DNA of 64,000 nucleotides from Candidatus Pacearchaeota archaeon (GCA_018303855.1 JAGVXI010000013.1:34735-98734); one strand, 5' to 3'; positions 29,461 to 39,643 are shown, counted from the first letter of the stretch. A program made the numbers and translations. Notes: a model not told the origin generated them from the letters alone.

Positions 29461-30602
29461 AAATCCTGGTTTTGTATCCATACCCATTAGAACCAGATGG
29501 ACAGAGTTTGCAAGGGCATTATCTTGTTAAAGGGTTAAATGAGCTGGGAATAGAGGCAATGTCTTGCGACAGAGAAGACAACCTACAGAAATTATATGCT
29601 TACAAGTCTTTTCAGCCAGATTTCGTCATAGGTATTGGCTACTGGGGTAATACGCCAGAGCTTGTTCAAAGTCCAATAAATCATAATTTAAATTCTGTTC
29701 CTTGGTTTAATGCAGATGGCTGGGTTGCAAATTACCACAATGTTTTGGAATCACTGCCCTTGCTTGTTGTAACAAGCAACTGGGTTAAACAAACTTACAT
29801 AAGAGATGGCTTGTCTGGAAAGAATATCCATGTTTGCCCAATTGGTTTTGACCCTGAAGTTTTTCATCCAGTTGAAAAAAACAACGAGCAAATAAAAAAA
29901 CTCAGGGAAATGCTCGGTGTTTTAGAGCATGAAAAAATGATTTTTACTGCAGGCGGAGATGTTACAAGCAAAGGCGCGCAAGAGATGTTTAAAGCCTTGG
30001 CAAAAATAGACAAAGAATTTCCAGACTGGAAATATGTGCTTAAAACTTATGATAGTTTTTCAGCAGAAGACCATGGAAAAGAAGAAGAAAAACTTATAGA
30101 AGAACTTGGAATTGACAAGGAAAAAATTATTTACCTAACAGGCAAGTACTCTCCCGAATTCATGGCTTCTTTGCTTCAAGCATGTGATATTTATGCTGCT
30201 CCTTCACGATTAGAAGGTTTTGGTATGATTCAAGTAGAGGCAATGGCATGTGGCAAGCCAGTAATATCAATAAATGTTGGGGGGCCAAAAGATACTATAA
30301 TCCATGCTAAAACCGGTTTTTTAGTAGATGTTGAATCTGAAATAAAATTAGACAGAGAATGGGCATATGATTGGATGGGATTTGAGGAAAAACACCAAAT
30401 TAAATTTGACAAGCCAAAAACTTTTGCTTACAAGGCAGATATTAATCAACTCGCACATTATACGTTAAAACTTATGACAGATGATAATTTAAGAGAACAA
30501 ATGGGAAAACAAGCATCAGAACATGCTTTGCAAAACTTTCATTATAAAATCACAGCAAAGAGGATGCTGGAATTGGTTGAGAAGTATGGTGTGAAGAGGT
30601 AA
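29457..30602 (+). CDS. glycosyltransferase family 4 (GT-B, GT1/GT4 superfamily)
   Basis: EGFGMIQVEAMACGKPVISINVGGPKDTIIHAKTGFLV is the GT4 E-x7-E region. The start MKILVLYPYP is typical. Confidence 0.75.
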   Translation: MKILVLYPYPLEPDGQSLQGHYLVKGLNELGIEAMSCDREDNLQKLYAYKSFQPDFVIGIGYWGNTPELVQSPINHNLNSVPWFNADGWVANYHNVLESLPLLVVTSNWVKQTYIRDGLSGKNIHVCPIGFDPEVFHPVEKNNEQIKKLREMLGVLEHEKMIFTAGGDVTSKGAQEMFKALAKIDKEFPDWKYVLKTYDSFSAEDHGKEEEKLIEELGIDKEKIIYLTGKYSPEFMASLLQACDIYAAPSRLEGFGMIQVEAMACGKPVISINVGGPKDTIIHAKTGFLVDVESEIKLDREWAYDWMGFEEKHQIKFDKPKTFAYKADINQLAHYTLKLMTDDNLREQMGKQASEHALQNFHYKITAKRMLELVEKYGVKR

Positions 30603-30700
30603 AAAAATAGAGAAAGCGTGAAGAGGGGGAAGGAAAGAATTAAAATAAGTAATTTTTGTGCGACTTAAAGCAAGGATTATTATTTGTTTGTCATAGCTAA

Positions 30701-31753
30701 TTAATTTATTGCAATCATTCTTTCAATTGCCTTTAGTGCTTTTTGTCGTGTATTTTCTGGAATATTAATCTCATATACATCGTTTTCTAAACTGTTAAGT
30801 ACCTTTTCTAATGTTATTCTCCTCATATGCGGACAAAAAACGCTGCAAGCTCTTACGAATTCTACTTGTGGGAACTCAGATGACAAATTAGCAGCCATTT
30901 CGCATTCTGTGGCTAAATATATTCTTCTTAGTTCTTGATGGTTTTGTATATATTTGGCCATTTGAGAAGTGCTTCCATAAAAATCTGCTTCTCTCAAAAC
31001 ATCTGGTTTACACTCCCAATGAGCTAGAACGGCAGTTTCTTTTTTACCTTTAGGCATATTAAATTGTTTTCTTATATCTTTAAGCATATCTAAAGTAAAT
31101 TGTTCATGAACTACACATATCCCAAGATTTGAATCATTTTTACCTGGATAAATTAGGTCTATATTTGTTCCTTCGGCAGCTAGATCTTCTTGCATATTCA
31201 TTCCCATAAAAGAATCTGGTAAAAATATTACTTGTTCAGTCTTAAATTCATTTGCGGCATATTTAACAACTTCAAGTGCATTAGCTGAAGTGCAACAGAA
31301 GTCAGATTCTGCTTTTACAGTAGCATAGCTGTTTATGTATGTAACAACTGGTGATTTGGGATATTTTTCTTTATAGGCAAAAACATCTTGTGCCTTAAAT
31401 GGGTCTGCCAAACTGCAACCTGCTTCTAAATCAGCAATCAATACTTTCTTTTTTGGGTTAAGAATTTTTGCAGTTTCCGCCATGAATACTACTCCGTTAA
31501 ATAAAATAATAGGGTTTTCCGCTTTAGCAGCATATCTGCTCAAAGCTAAAGAATCTCCTCTCTATTCTCTTCCAGATAGCTGATATACTATCGGTATCAT
31601 ATAATTATGTCCCAAAATCAAAACATTCTTCTCTTCTTGTAATTGTAAAATCCTTTCTATTTCATCTTGATTAACCAAAAATTCTAGATATTGATCACCA
31701 CTATCTTTCATAATCCTTCTTATTCTCTCTAAATTTTCTTTATATTTTGCCAT
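30701..31753 (-). pseudogene. nadA: quinolinate synthase NadA interrupted by an in-frame TAG (31562-31564)
   Basis: Track ORFs 31562-31753 and 30701-31543 are in the same frame. Read-through gives ILGHNYMIPIVYQLSGRE*RGDSLALSRYAAKAENPIILFNGVVFMAETAKIL. The stop sits at the hydrophobic position of the conserved D-(F/I)-V-GDSL block. Confidence 0.65.
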
Positions 31754-31756
31754 CTT

Positions 31757-32683
31757 TTAGTGTTTTGGTTTTGTTATTACACAGGTATATTCTACGTCGG
31801 AAGCGAATTCTTTCATTCCATCGTTTTTTAATTTTATAGGATCTTTATAATCTCCATTATCTATAATATAAGAGACATTTAAATTATCTAATATTCCACG
31901 CAACTCTTCTACTGTAAGCATTTGAGCCATTGCTCCTATATAATCTTTAACTAATGATTCACTATTCCATCTTTCATCCCCTATTCTAGAAAGTAATGTT
32001 TTCCAATCAGCATCTCTCTTAAGATCTCTGATGTACAACCTTCCACCATTATTTAAAGTAGAATACATTGTTTTTATAGCTAAGGTTGGATCTTTAAATC
32101 TGTGTAAAGCATTTCTGCATACTATATAATTAACATCTTTTATATCAGGCATAATACTTTGTAAATCATATACACTACCTTCTCTAAATTCTAATCCATT
32201 ACTTTTGAATATTTTTTTAACAACACCTGAATCATTAATCCTATAACTTTCTGGCATTCTTTGTTGAAATGATTTTACTTCCTCTATCTTTTGTTGCATT
32301 CTTCCTTTTAAATTATCATAAGCCAATCTTATCATATCCTTAGATAAATCAATACCCACCAAATTCCCATTTGTTTCCTCAAATAGTGCTAAACTCAGTA
32401 ATCCAGAACCGCAACCTACATCTAATATGGTGCCTACATTAGAAGCAGGATGGTTAACAGAATAACACCTTGTTCTATTCCTGAAATCCTGCGCTATTCT
32501 TTTATAAGTTTTTTGTCTTGCTAGTAATCCAATTTTATTATATTCTTCGGCTAATCTTCCAGTCATAGCCTCTTGCGTAAATAAACACTCTCTACCCTTC
32601 ACGTGTATTCCAAACATCTCATTTACTGCCTTGTCTAAAGACGAACATCTTTCAATTTTGGTTCTTTCTATATTATTTACCAT
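31757..32683 (-). CDS. class I SAM-dependent methyltransferase
   Basis: ILDVGCGSGLLSLAL (motif I) and VGIDLS (motif II). Confidence 0.6.
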   Translation of the reverse strand: MVNNIERTKIERCSSLDKAVNEMFGIHVKGRECLFTQEAMTGRLAEEYNKIGLLARQKTYKRIAQDFRNRTRCYSVNHPASNVGTILDVGCGSGLLSLALFEETNGNLVGIDLSKDMIRLAYDNLKGRMQQKIEEVKSFQQRMPESYRINDSGVVKKIFKSNGLEFREGSVYDLQSIMPDIKDVNYIVCRNALHRFKDPTLAIKTMYSTLNNGGRLYIRDLKRDADWKTLLSRIGDERWNSESLVKDYIGAMAQMLTVEELRGILDNLNVSYIIDNGDYKDPIKLKNDGMKEFASDVEYTCVITKPKH

Positions 32684-32779
32684 AATATAGTAGTAACGTA
32701 TAATCTATTTAAAAGAGTGTAGTAGTGGGGGTTACAACATAATAGAAAGAATTATAAATCTGAAATCCCAACAACTAAT

Positions 32780-33496
32780 ATGAAATATGAATTATTAGAA
32801 AAGGCAGGATTAAGCCCAAATGAAGCTAAGTGCTATTTCTCCTTACTAGGAATTGGATCAGCTTCTGCTAATGAAATATCAAGAATATCTGGCGTTCATA
32901 GGGTTTCTGTTTATGATGCCCTAAGAGGACTACGAGAAAAAGGTTTAATTAGTCAAATTACAAAGGCAAATAAACTATTATTTGAAGCTGGAAATCCAAA
33001 TAAAATTTTGGAGATTATAAAAGAAAAAGAGACTATATTAGAGGAGGCTAAGTTAGTAGTACCAGATTTATTGAACTTATTTAATTCTAAAACGGAAAGA
33101 CAAGATATCCACAGCTTTAAAGGACTTGCGGGAATAAAAACGGTTCTAAATGAAATGCTTAATTCAAAGACCGAAATTTTAGATTTTGGAGCGGAACATA
33201 AGATAAAGGAATTCCTGCCTTATGATTATAAGAGATGGGATAATCAAAGGGTAAAAAATAAAACAAAAATGAGAATTGTTGCCAATATTAATATAAAACC
33301 AACCAAATTAAGACTGACGGATATTAAATACATCCCATCTCAATTTAATTCGTCTGTTTCAACCTATATCTTTGATGGAAAAGTTGCTTTAATTATGTGG
33401 GTAGAAAATCCTTTAGCCGTCATTATTGAACATAAAGCAGTTTATCAATCATATAAAAATTATTTTGAGTATCTTTGGAAAACAACAAAGAAGTAA
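32780..33496 (+). CDS. trmB: TrmB family transcriptional regulator
   Basis: N-terminal LLEKAGLSPNEAKCYFSLLGIGSASANEISRISGVHRVSVYDALRGLREKGLI is the TrmB wHTH, followed by a C-terminal effector domain. Confidence 0.7.
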   Translation: MKYELLEKAGLSPNEAKCYFSLLGIGSASANEISRISGVHRVSVYDALRGLREKGLISQITKANKLLFEAGNPNKILEIIKEKETILEEAKLVVPDLLNLFNSKTERQDIHSFKGLAGIKTVLNEMLNSKTEILDFGAEHKIKEFLPYDYKRWDNQRVKNKTKMRIVANINIKPTKLRLTDIKYIPSQFNSSVSTYIFDGKVALIMWVENPLAVIIEHKAVYQSYKNYFEYLWKTTKK

Positions 33497-33512
33497 TCAT
33501 CACCCTTTTTTT

Positions 33513-34667
33513 TCACTTCCCCTTAAACTTAACTTTTTCTAAATGATTTAAAATGTCCTTTAGGGCAACTTTTTTTACTGTTACAACTTCGTCAGCTCCT
33601 CCAGAATAAATTAAAATATCTTTTTCATTCTCATCCATTATTGCACCTGTTGTAAAAATAACATTGCTTACAAAACCTTCTTTTTCATATTTTTTTGTTG
33701 GGATTATAATTGGATGAGGAGATTTTGCTATTAGTTTTGATGGATTTTTCAAATCAAACAAAGCAGCACCAATTGAATAAATTGAATAAACATTATCTTC
33801 TTCAAACATTTTACTTAAAAAATTTGGCAGAATGTTTAATTGGCTATGGTGCTTTTTGTCTGTAACCCCATGATAAAGCAAAAGCCATCCGTCTTTTGTT
33901 TTTATTGGAGGTGCACCAGCTCCAACTCTTGAATAGTCCCATTTTCCTCTTTCAGAAAGTTTTATGGGCTTGGAATTCCCCCAATATTTCAGGTCTTTTG
34001 AAAAAGAAATCCATATATGTGGGGGTGAAAACTGAAAGCTTCCTTCTGGCCTGTTAAAAGCAACATATTCATTATTAATTTTCTCTGGAAAAATCACAAC
34101 ATCTTTATTTTGTTCTCTAAAAATCAAACCTTTTCTTTTCCAGTTTAAAGCATCTTTTGATACAGCACAGCTTGTTGTTATGTTGCCATCAATTGACAAG
34201 CTAACATAAGCCATTATATACTCTTTTCCAAGTTTTGTGATTCTTGGGTCTTCAACCCCCAATTCGCCGTCATTGAATAGCCCCTCAAAAGTTGGGTGTT
34301 TATCTATTGATTTAACTTTAAATCCTGATTTATCAAGTATAACTTTTCTTAAATGAGATATAAATGTCAGCCTTTTTGTTCCTTCTTTGAAAACCAAAGC
34401 AACATCCCTGTCCAATCCCATGTCTTTTTTTGGAAATTTATCTATTTTAACCATGCATTTATTTTTTCCAGAACATCTCGGTGCATAATAATATCTTTTG
34501 TCCTCTATTTTTTTTAGCTTTTCAGCAACCCTAACATAAAGAGCAATATCGCCATTTGGCATTCTTGTAGCTCCTGGATTAAAAGTGCCAATAACTTCAA
34601 ATTTACTTGATGAGGATTTTACATCTTCAGGAGTTACAAGTACAGCCTCTTTTTTTATTGGAATCAT
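33513..34667 (-). CDS. GH130 family glycosidase/phosphorylase (DUF377, PH1107-related)
   Basis: FNPGATRMPNGDIALYVRV, DPRITKLGKEYIMAY and GAGAPPIKTKDGWLLLYHGV. Confidence 0.7.
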   Translation of the reverse strand: MIPIKKEAVLVTPEDVKSSSSKFEVIGTFNPGATRMPNGDIALYVRVAEKLKKIEDKRYYYAPRCSGKNKCMVKIDKFPKKDMGLDRDVALVFKEGTKRLTFISHLRKVILDKSGFKVKSIDKHPTFEGLFNDGELGVEDPRITKLGKEYIMAYVSLSIDGNITTSCAVSKDALNWKRKGLIFREQNKDVVIFPEKINNEYVAFNRPEGSFQFSPPHIWISFSKDLKYWGNSKPIKLSERGKWDYSRVGAGAPPIKTKDGWLLLYHGVTDKKHHSQLNILPNFLSKMFEEDNVYSIYSIGAALFDLKNPSKLIAKSPHPIIIPTKKYEKEGFVSNVIFTTGAIMDENEKDILIYSGGADEVVTVKKVALKDILNHLEKVKFKGK

Positions 34668-34735
34668 GATTTATATTGGATAAAAGGATATAAAAAGGTT
34701 TCATAGGGGAAGGAGTGAGAGGGGAGGTTTAAACA

Positions 34736-34936
34736 CTACCATCCAAAAAGTTCTGCTAAGATCCAAAGGACAAAATATATTGCCCCCATTATTACGACAA
34801 TCCAAGAAATAAATCCTAGAAACCCAAAACTTATTTTGCCGAAATGTTGAATTGCAACAATAGCCACAGCCACTAAAAAAATAATTCCTAAAAAAGGAAT
34901 TACTATCTTATTTTCATTATGTACAAGGTTTGCCAT
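34736..34936 (-). CDS. small two-TM membrane protein
   Basis: Hydrophobic 66-aa ORF. Confidence 0.3.
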   Translation of the reverse strand: MANLVHNENKIVIPFLGIIFLVAVAIVAIQHFGKISFGFLGFISWIVVIMGAIYFVLWILAELFGW

Positions 34937-35068
34937 TTTACTTATTTTTTAGCTGTAACTAGCTTAAACTGATTAATATACAATTATATATAAACTTATC
35001 GATTGCTTGGTACTAAGCACTCAGTAGTGACGATAAACACTTATAAATGCTAAATCACTCTTTTTTCT

Positions 35069-35542
35069 ATGAAAAAAGAGGGGTCTAATGGTTCTCCATT
35101 TATTCGTGAAAGCGAAACCCATGAAAAAATTCATTCTCATTTAAAAGCTCATCCTCGTGGATTAACTACGCAAGAAATTGAAGAGCAGACAGCAATTTCT
35201 AGAAAAGCTGTAGAAAAACATTTGCAAATACTTTTATTTTCTAACGATATTTATATGAAACAAGTTGGAAGTGCTAGAATTTATTATCCAAACCATAGGT
35301 TTCATCATTTGGACTTTCAATATTTTGACTTTGGAAAAAAAAGATTTTATATAGATTTAATAGAAAATGATTATGGGAAATCATTGTTAATTCAGCAAAA
35401 AATAAAAGAAGGAGATAAATGGGTGATGAAAGGAAGTGTGTTTATCCCCTTAGATGCATCACACGAATTCTTAAAAAGATTAAAAGAAGTATTAAATTCA
35501 AAGAGATTAAAAGGAGAGATGAAAAATGGAAAAAATAGGTAA
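35069..35542 (+). CDS. winged-HTH protein, possible regulator upstream of the R-M methylase
   Basis: GLTTQEIEEQTAISRKAVEKHLQILL is HTH-like. It overlaps the MTase start. Confidence 0.4.
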   Translation: MKKEGSNGSPFIRESETHEKIHSHLKAHPRGLTTQEIEEQTAISRKAVEKHLQILLFSNDIYMKQVGSARIYYPNHRFHHLDFQYFDFGKKRFYIDLIENDYGKSLLIQQKIKEGDKWVMKGSVFIPLDASHEFLKRLKEVLNSKRLKGEMKNGKNR

Positions 35543-36401
35543 TTTGGATTTAAACAAAACCCATTTAGGAGATTGCATGGAATTATCCAAAGAATTGCCA
35601 GATGATTCTGTTGATTTAGTTGTAACTTCTCCACCTTATGCAGATACAGTTTCATACGGACATGAAGTAGAAGTTTTTAATCCTGAAAATTATGTAGACT
35701 GGTTTTTACAATTATTTCATGAGGCATATAGATTTTTAAAACCAGCAGGAAGTTTCATTTTGAATATTAATGATAGAGCAACTAATGGAGAAAGAAGCAC
35801 TTATGTTTTTGAATTAGTTTATAGAATTGCAAAAGAAACAAGATTAAAATTATTTGATAGATATATTTGGTTTAAAAAATCTGCTCTTCCTATGCCCGGG
35901 GATAAGAGGCTAAATGACAGAATAGAGTACATTTTCCATTTTGTTAAAGATACGAAAAAATTTAAAACAAATACAGATAGAGTAAGAGAACCATATAAAG
36001 AAATTTCTTTGAGAAGATTCAAAAACAAAGTCCATGGAAACGACATTATCAATTCTGATGGAACTACAGAATTATCCCAAAGAGGAAGTAGTAAACCTCA
36101 TCCACTTGGAAAAAAACCTATAACTGTTTTCAGATTTGATACTGGGAGTGCTTTAAGAGGATTAAAACATCCAGCACCATTTCACCCCCAACTTCCAGAA
36201 TTTTTCATTAAATGGCTAACTGATGAAAAAGACATAGTCTTAGATCCTTTTATGGGGGGAGGAACGACAGGCGTTGTTGCATTAAAACTTAATAGAAAAT
36301 ATTTAGGTTTTGATATTAATCCAGAATACATTAAGATGACTGAAGAAAGGATAAAGGGGGAATTTCCGGATAAAGGATTAAATGATTTTTTAAAGAGATA
36401 G
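35526..36401 (+). CDS. DNA methyltransferase, beta-class N4-cytosine/N6-adenine (type II R-M methylase)
   Basis: DLVVTSPPY (motif IV) precedes FMGGGTTGVVALKLNRKYLGFDINPEY (motif I), the beta-class order. Confidence 0.8.
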   Translation: MEKIGNLDLNKTHLGDCMELSKELPDDSVDLVVTSPPYADTVSYGHEVEVFNPENYVDWFLQLFHEAYRFLKPAGSFILNINDRATNGERSTYVFELVYRIAKETRLKLFDRYIWFKKSALPMPGDKRLNDRIEYIFHFVKDTKKFKTNTDRVREPYKEISLRRFKNKVHGNDIINSDGTTELSQRGSSKPHPLGKKPITVFRFDTGSALRGLKHPAPFHPQLPEFFIKWLTDEKDIVLDPFMGGGTTGVVALKLNRKYLGFDINPEYIKMTEERIKGEFPDKGLNDFLKR

Positions 36402-37079
36402 GCTTTGAGTGATATTCCTCTTTTTGCGAATAATCCTGCACCATTTTTTCTTATATTCTAATTTACCTATAACTGTAATTCCCTTTCTTTTTTTGGCTAT
36501 ATCTATAGGAATCTTTAAAGTGGTAAAACTACTGTGTTCTGTGGGCTTTCCGCTCCATATAGCTTCCATATCATCCCAAACAAAAACTGCTAATTCCGTT
36601 ATAAACTTTTTATTCTCTTTGAAATTTAGTTTTAAGTTTCGGTTTATAGCATAATTTATCAAAATATAATTATTGCATTTTGAGGCAGAGTGGGTTGCAC
36701 CCGTAAAAGAATCATCTGCTTGAGAGGTTTTTATCTCCCACTTCATTTTTGTTTTATCTGGAAAGATAATGTTTAAGTCTCCTATAGCATCATGCGAAGG
36801 TTCAACTATCACATTAAGTTTTTTAAGGTGTTGATTTAAAATATCTATAACCGCACTTTCCCATAAATCAAACATTCTTACCGTTATTAAAACCGTTTTT
36901 TGTCCTTTTTGATCACCAAATGTTAAATCTGGTTGCCATTCATTAATAGACCAATTTTTTTCACAAGCAACACCAAAAACATAGGGAAGACGTCTTTCTA
37001 CATAATTTATAACCTCCCGCGTATAAACCTCTGGTTTTCTCATTTCTACCAAAACTTTTTGTTTTAAAGTGGTTTTCAT
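36390..37079 (-). CDS. putative restriction endonuclease (PD-(D/E)xK-like), convergent with the methylase
   Basis: D...EIK arrangement (GDLNIIFPDKTKMKWEIK). Position and orientation are classic for a type II R-M pair. No strong homology recognised. Confidence 0.4.
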   Translation of the reverse strand: MKTTLKQKVLVEMRKPEVYTREVINYVERRLPYVFGVACEKNWSINEWQPDLTFGDQKGQKTVLITVRMFDLWESAVIDILNQHLKKLNVIVEPSHDAIGDLNIIFPDKTKMKWEIKTSQADDSFTGATHSASKCNNYILINYAINRNLKLNFKENKKFITELAVFVWDDMEAIWSGKPTEHSSFTTLKIPIDIAKKRKGITVIGKLEYKKKWCRIIRKKRNITQSLSL

Positions 37080-37093
37080 TACTTTCTCAAAAT

Positions 37094-37152
37094 CCCCCCA
37101 GCTTTTAATGTTTTCTGTGATATATTAACCCCTTATTCCCCCCCAACCCCCC
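37094..37152 (-). promoter_or_regulatory. G-tract cluster (G6, G7, G6, G4 on the minus strand) upstream of the putative REase gene
   Basis: C-runs on the plus strand at 37094-99, 37129-32, 37138-44 and 37147-52. Highly unusual in this AT-rich sequence. Confidence 0.4.
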
Positions 37153-37189
37153 GCAAAGTTTATATACTATAGCAAATTATATAGTTAAT

Positions 37190-37411
37190 ATGGATACAAC
37201 TATTCAGGTAAGCAAGGAACTGCTGGAAAAACTTGCAGTAATGAAAATGCACGAAAAAGAAAGTTATGAAAGTATTATATGGGACTTGATAGAGGACAGA
37301 ATGGAATTTTCAGAAGAAACAAAAAAGAACATCGCAAAATCTGAAGAAGAAATAAAAGCAAGAAAAACAATCTCTCTTGAACAAATTAAAAAAACTGCAA
37401 GAAGCAAGTAA
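37190..37411 (+). CDS. antitoxin of RelE/ParE module
   Basis: Small protein immediately upstream of the toxin, abutting it. Paralog at 21003. Confidence 0.55.
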   Translation: MDTTIQVSKELLEKLAVMKMHEKESYESIIWDLIEDRMEFSEETKKNIAKSEEEIKARKTISLEQIKKTARSK

Positions 37412-37660
37412 ATGTACTCTGTAGAATTATCACGCACAGCAGAAAAGCAATTTTTCAAACTTTCGGAGAGCATTAGGGAAAGAGTAATTAATGTTTTGGA
37501 AAGAATCAGAGCAAGGCCATATCATTTTGTAAAAAGAAAAGAAGGAACGCCTTATTTTATAGCCAGAATTGGAGATTATAGGGCAATTTTAAGTATTAAC
37601 AACGAACAGCTTAAGATTTATGTTATAGAAGTCGGGCATAGAAAGAATATCTATGGTTAA
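37412..37660 (+). CDS. RelE/ParE family toxin
   Basis: MYSVELSRTAEKQFFKL...GDYRAILSINNEQLKIYVIEVGHRKNIY is the RelE fold signature. Confidence 0.7.
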   Translation: MYSVELSRTAEKQFFKLSESIRERVINVLERIRARPYHFVKRKEGTPYFIARIGDYRAILSINNEQLKIYVIEVGHRKNIYG

Positions 37661-37699
37661 TTTGGTTAATGAATTGTGAAAATTATTTATTCTTTGGAG

Positions 37700-37946
37700 A
37701 ATTATAATTAATTATCATTAGCTATGCTCGGTTAAGTATTATTGCCATTTATGTCAAGATTGCCAATGCAGAAAACCATGCTCTTTAGAGCATGGATGAA
37801 TGCAATCTTGAGCATCCAAAAGTCCAAAACAAACCACACATGTCAAGAATTTTCAATTCTTGAGCACTCTCAGGAATTCACATTCCTGAAGCTTTAGTGT
37901 GTGGTAAAACGCAAGGACTTTTTGATGTTAAAGATCAATAAATAAG
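37700..37946 (-). mobile_element. MITE-like modular palindromic repeat, copy 2 (inverted relative to copy 1)
   Basis: The reverse complement matches the 8629-8932 termini (CTTATTTATT...AAAAAGTCCTTG.GTTTTACCACAC and ...TACTTA.CCGAGCAT..CTAATGATAATTAATTATAATT) and shares the internal TTGGACTTTTGGATGCTCAAGAT module. Confidence 0.55.
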
Positions 37947-37948
37947 TT

Positions 37949-37964
37949 ATGGGCTTTAGCCCAT
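37949..37964. terminator. perfect 16-bp palindrome ATGGGCTTTAGCCCAT between convergent genes
   Basis: Seen directly. It is flanked by A/T runs and sits between RelE (+) and the glycosidase (-). Confidence 0.4.
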
Positions 37965-38015
37965 AGAGAAATTCAGGTTGTCACAAAATATAATGCCCTG
38001 CACTAAAAAATCCCC

Positions 38016-39158
38016 TCACACCAGACACTTCTTAGCCTTCACGCTTTCATAAGCAGCAATGTACATGCCAGCATTCCAGCCCTGGTTTCCTTCTTTGCTT
38101 CCACTTGCAGAAACTCCTGGTTTGCCTGTTTTTCCATTTAACCATTCTGAAAAAAACGGCTTTTGCATATTTGCTTTTGCAAGTAACTCTAATTGTTTTT
38201 CAGCTTCTTTAAACTTCTTTAGTTTAACAAGCGCAAGAACATAAAATCCTCCAATGTAAGTCCATATTCCTGCATTTAGATAATGATAGGGTGTGCGTGC
38301 ATCGCAATCATTAAAATAATCTTCCCAATACTTACTTCCTCTTTTTATTGCAGGATAAATTGCCTTAACAGGAAATGGCTTGTCCACCCTTTTATTTTTA
38401 ATGTAATTAATTATTTTTTCTGCTTGCTCCTTATTTGCTAAGTCATAAATTATTGCAAGTAAATTTCCTAAGCTGTCAAACCACTCGCCAAATTCCTTAT
38501 ATTTTCCATGATTTTTCCATCTCCAAGGCAGATAAAACTCGCCTTGCCACAACTTGTCATCTTTATCTTCATTTACAATTATCTTAAGTTTTTCTGCTAG
38601 AGATTTCTTACCGATTAAATTCAGAATCTTATAGTATAATGCCTGTGTATTAATTGTATGCCCGTATTTGTGAGGAAAAGCATCTTGCCAGTCTGTTGTT
38701 GGCAGTTGTTCTAAAGTTATGTCTTCTCCAAAATCCCTGTATTCAAGCCAGGTAATTGCTTTTTTTATTGCGTTTTTATGCTTCTTGAAAAGCGAGGCTT
38801 CCTTATATCTTTGCTTATAAATATAACTACCAATAATAAACCACAAGCTTGAGTCAACTGATTTAAAGTCAACATGATGCTTTCTTCCTTTAATAAATCT
38901 GTCAACTGCATTTGGAATTTGCCCTTTCTTGCTTTGGTTTTTCGCTAAAGTAATTAATGAGTTTTTAAAAGTCTCTTTAAGTTTTTTATCTTTAAGCAAA
39001 CTTGCTCCTAAAGAAATTATCATGCTGTCTCTTCCAAAAACCATGTCATAGCCAGGGTATGCTGCATAAAACCCGTTTTTAGTTGAGCATTTTTTTAAAA
39101 CCTCAATTGCTTTTTTGTATGCTATTTCTGTTATGCCCTCTTTTTTTATTGGAATCAT
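38016..39158 (-). CDS. six-hairpin (alpha/alpha)6 glycosidase-like protein (GDE_C / GH63-like)
   Basis: Size and W/Y/D-rich blocks (DSSLWFIIGSY, WLEYRDFGEDITLEQLPTTDWQD, GNQGWNAGMY) resemble amylo-alpha-1,6-glucosidase-type domains. Inference. Confidence 0.5.
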   Translation of the reverse strand: MIPIKKEGITEIAYKKAIEVLKKCSTKNGFYAAYPGYDMVFGRDSMIISLGASLLKDKKLKETFKNSLITLAKNQSKKGQIPNAVDRFIKGRKHHVDFKSVDSSLWFIIGSYIYKQRYKEASLFKKHKNAIKKAITWLEYRDFGEDITLEQLPTTDWQDAFPHKYGHTINTQALYYKILNLIGKKSLAEKLKIIVNEDKDDKLWQGEFYLPWRWKNHGKYKEFGEWFDSLGNLLAIIYDLANKEQAEKIINYIKNKRVDKPFPVKAIYPAIKRGSKYWEDYFNDCDARTPYHYLNAGIWTYIGGFYVLALVKLKKFKEAEKQLELLAKANMQKPFFSEWLNGKTGKPGVSASGSKEGNQGWNAGMYIAAYESVKAKKCLV

Positions 39159-39227
39159 TATTTATTATAGAAAGGAGAATATAAAAATGTTTCATAATTT
39201 TGCTATTCTTGCCTCTTCATGAAAAAA

Positions 39228-39440
39228 TCAGCTTAAAACAATTGCTGATTTTAGAGCATCTAAGGGGAGATTTTTGCTTGCATTAAGAATTTCTATTCCC
39301 AATGTTCTTCCGTCTTTATCAAGGTCAATATTAACAGAATCATTTAAGGATATGGTTTCAGCTACCTCTCCTTTGCTTATTTCCTTAAAATAAATGTATG
39401 CTGCATCAGCTTCTTTATCAAATGTTATTTTCATTTCCAT
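39228..39440 (-). CDS. DUF2283-like small protein (putative antitoxin)
   Basis: 70 aa. MKITFDKEADAAYIYF is typical of DUF2283. It overlaps its partner gene. Confidence 0.45.
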   Translation of the reverse strand: MEMKITFDKEADAAYIYFKEISKGEVAETISLNDSVNIDLDKDGRTLGIEILNASKNLPLDALKSAIVLS

Positions 39441-39643
39441 ACAAGAGTTATTATCTTTATAAATTTATTCTCTTTCGCATAAACAACTTTTAAGGTTTTA
39501 TCTCCAAATTTTTTATAAGCTTCAACTTTCCCATTTTTAGTTACAGTGTAATCAGGCATTTCTATTGCAGAAGTAATATCATCTACTTTTATATCCCTCT
39601 CAATCATTCTTTGTTTAGCATGTTCTGTAAATATCACTTTCAT
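39431..39643 (-). CDS. DUF4258-like small protein (putative toxin)
   Basis: 70 aa. FTEHAKQRMIERDI is typical of DUF4258. Confidence 0.45.
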   Translation of the reverse strand: MKVIFTEHAKQRMIERDIKVDDITSAIEMPDYTVTKNGKVEAYKKFGDKTLKVVYAKENKFIKIITLVWK

